From a virus (lineage: Duplodnaviria > Heunggongvirae > Uroviricota > Caudoviricetes): DNA of 64,000 nt. Below the pieces are notes generated by a model. That model ran no database searches, was not told where the DNA came from, and saw only the letters and a list, made by a program, of their open reading frames with translations. Shown here piece after piece: positions 62,567-64,000 of this stretch. Position 1 is the stretch's first letter. Each line of letters opens with the position of its first letter. Location of the stretch: the IMG/VR virus record IMGVR_UViG_3300035501_000173, one strand, 5' to 3'. Position numbers and translations under genes: made by a program.

Positions 62567-62785
62567 TTAATACAACTGTGCTGAATCCAATAAAATAGAA
62601 TCAACAACTGTTGAATCGACTTGAACTGTGTCTACTGGAATATCACACGTAGTATGAGTCTTAGTAGGAGTCTTAGTATTACAGCTTAACAAAGTAAAAC
62701 CTGCAAACATGCAAAATGCTACACAAAGTGGAGTCCAGTTAAGAATGTTCTCTTTAAAATTCTTTTTCATTTTCCTTCTCTTCAT
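62567..62785 (-). CDS. Small lipoprotein (LLSC lipobox), o-spanin-like candidate.
   Basis: 72 aa with a signal peptide and a cysteine lipobox. Confidence 0.4.
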   Translation of the reverse strand: MKRRKMKKNFKENILNWTPLCVAFCMFAGFTLLSCNTKTPTKTHTTCDIPVDTVQVDSTVVDSILLDSAQLY

Positions 62786-63017
62786 TAATGCTAGAAATTC
62801 TTACTACAGCACCAAAACCTTCTAGCTTTTTATTAAGATGCTGCCATATGTCATAGGATTCTGGGAAGAAGAAATCCCGACAATCTTCAGGAACACAATA
62901 ATTACTTATAATCTGACCAAATCTTTGATTAGGGAAGACATTAATTAAAGCTTCTAATTGCTCTAAAATTAGTAAATTGTACTCTTTTCTAGTTTTAATC
63001 TTTTCCTTATATTCCAT
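62754..63017 (-). CDS. Hypothetical protein.
   Basis: ORF of 87 aa. Confidence 0.45.
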   Translation of the reverse strand: MEYKEKIKTRKEYNLLILEQLEALINVFPNQRFGQIISNYCVPEDCRDFFFPESYDIWQHLNKKLEGFGAVVRISSINEEKENEKEF

Positions 63018-64000
63018 ATCTAAAAATTAATTTAATTAAAGCAAGCATACAGCATAAATACAAGGCTTATAAAAATTATAAGCATTTGTACAATATGCTT
63101 TCACAGCTTTCTTCGCAAAATTTAATACTCTAGTTGTCATAAAAATTCTTTGAATTTAACAATTAACATGGCTATCATTTGAGATAGTCTTTTATCTAAC
63201 CTAGGGAATTTTGTACCGCTAACAGGGAACGATCCTGTGTTTAAAGAATGAAAATCTTTTGTCCTGACCTCTAGACGATAGCGGCTTAGTGGCTTACCTT
63301 TGCAGATAAGCCCCACCTTTTACCAGTTATGCTGTTGGCAAGCACCAGTTATTCTTGTTGAAAACTGACAAAAAAGTCGGCAGTAGTTTTTTGTAGATAA
63401 ACCTGCGAAAACATTTAAGGAATTCGATTATATATTTGATCTTCGAACTCATCATAATATTTGTCCTTACATGGACTATAAGACTCTCTATTAAATGTTT
63501 GATTTCTTCTATTCTTGTGTGAAGAATGTTTACTTGAATGCTTGAGAGCTTCTTGTTTCTTCCTATTCCAACTCATTTTGTTCTTCTATTATATCTAGTT
63601 TTATTAAATCCACTAATACTTCTACTATCTTGGTAGTGAAAGCCTTTAGGCACATCTGTTACCTCTAAAAAATGATTTGCATAGATAGGTTGTGCATCAC
63701 AGCCTACACCTACACAGTAGCTTATTTTTTGAACCATAATAAATTTAAATAAAACTAACTATCTTCACAGACTGTTAGTTTAGTAACTAAAACAATAAAT
63801 ATATATAAAATGACAGTATATTTAGGTGGCACTGCCCCACACTCATTAATCGTAGTACTCCGAATTAACGCGAGTTTCTAATTACTCCTAAACACCTTTA
63901 TAGTTAACAAATACAAGGTTTCTCACACCCTTCATACTGTATTGTTACTAACAGCTAATTTCCCTGTGTTAGTCAGGATACTAGCAAATCACCTACTACT

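Noticed and set aside
1-64000. CRISPR arrays, integrase or lysogeny module, rRNA.
   Set aside because: There is no repeat-spacer periodicity, no tyrosine or serine recombinase motifs and no rRNA-like sequence.

Overview
Low-GC (~30%) window from a large lytic tailed phage, probably a crAss-like (Crassvirales) phage of an anaerobic Bacteroidota host; the host and lineage assignment rests on gene content plus low GC and is inference. There are two convergent blocks separated by a strong bidirectional terminator at 17799-17840.

Block A (plus strand, 1-17790) is three very large genes. Reading frame 1 contains no TAA or TGA for 11.7 kb and carries roughly 80-100 in-frame TAG codons, so TAG is almost certainly a sense codon here, as in genetic code 15 (TAG read as Gln). 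The genes are a 5'-partial protein of more than 3,900 aa (1..11733), a 361-aa protein with an HExxH motif (11735..12820) and a 1,655-aa protein (12823..17790).

Block B (minus strand, 17852-63017) is a standard-code early, replication and nucleotide-metabolism region. Identified products include dNMP kinase, ThyX, family-A DNA polymerase, a sigma-70-family sigma factor, an Rnl2-like RNA ligase next to an ATP-dependent DNA ligase, a dUTPase interrupted by a ~1.09-kb group I intron encoding an HNH endonuclease, a Dda-like helicase, NrdG, and NrdD carrying a 298-aa LAGLIDADG intein. It also encodes a calcineurin-like phosphoesterase, a PD-(D/E)XK exonuclease-like protein, a freestanding Zn-ribbon/Vsr-like homing endonuclease gene that itself has about 11 in-frame TAG codons, TOPRIM primase, an SSB-like protein, a DnaB-like helicase, an SF2 helicase, membrane and lipoprotein lysis candidates, RNase H, tRNA-Gln(UUG) and a GH24 endolysin. 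No CRISPR array, integrase or rRNA was found.

The most interesting system is compartmentalised stop-codon recoding: TAG-rich late genes and one homing endonuclease gene, against TAG-free early genes and a phage sigma factor. The only tRNA in the window is a near-cognate tRNA-Gln(UUG) plus a tRNA-like acceptor/T-arm fragment, so a suppressor tRNA should exist elsewhere in the genome.
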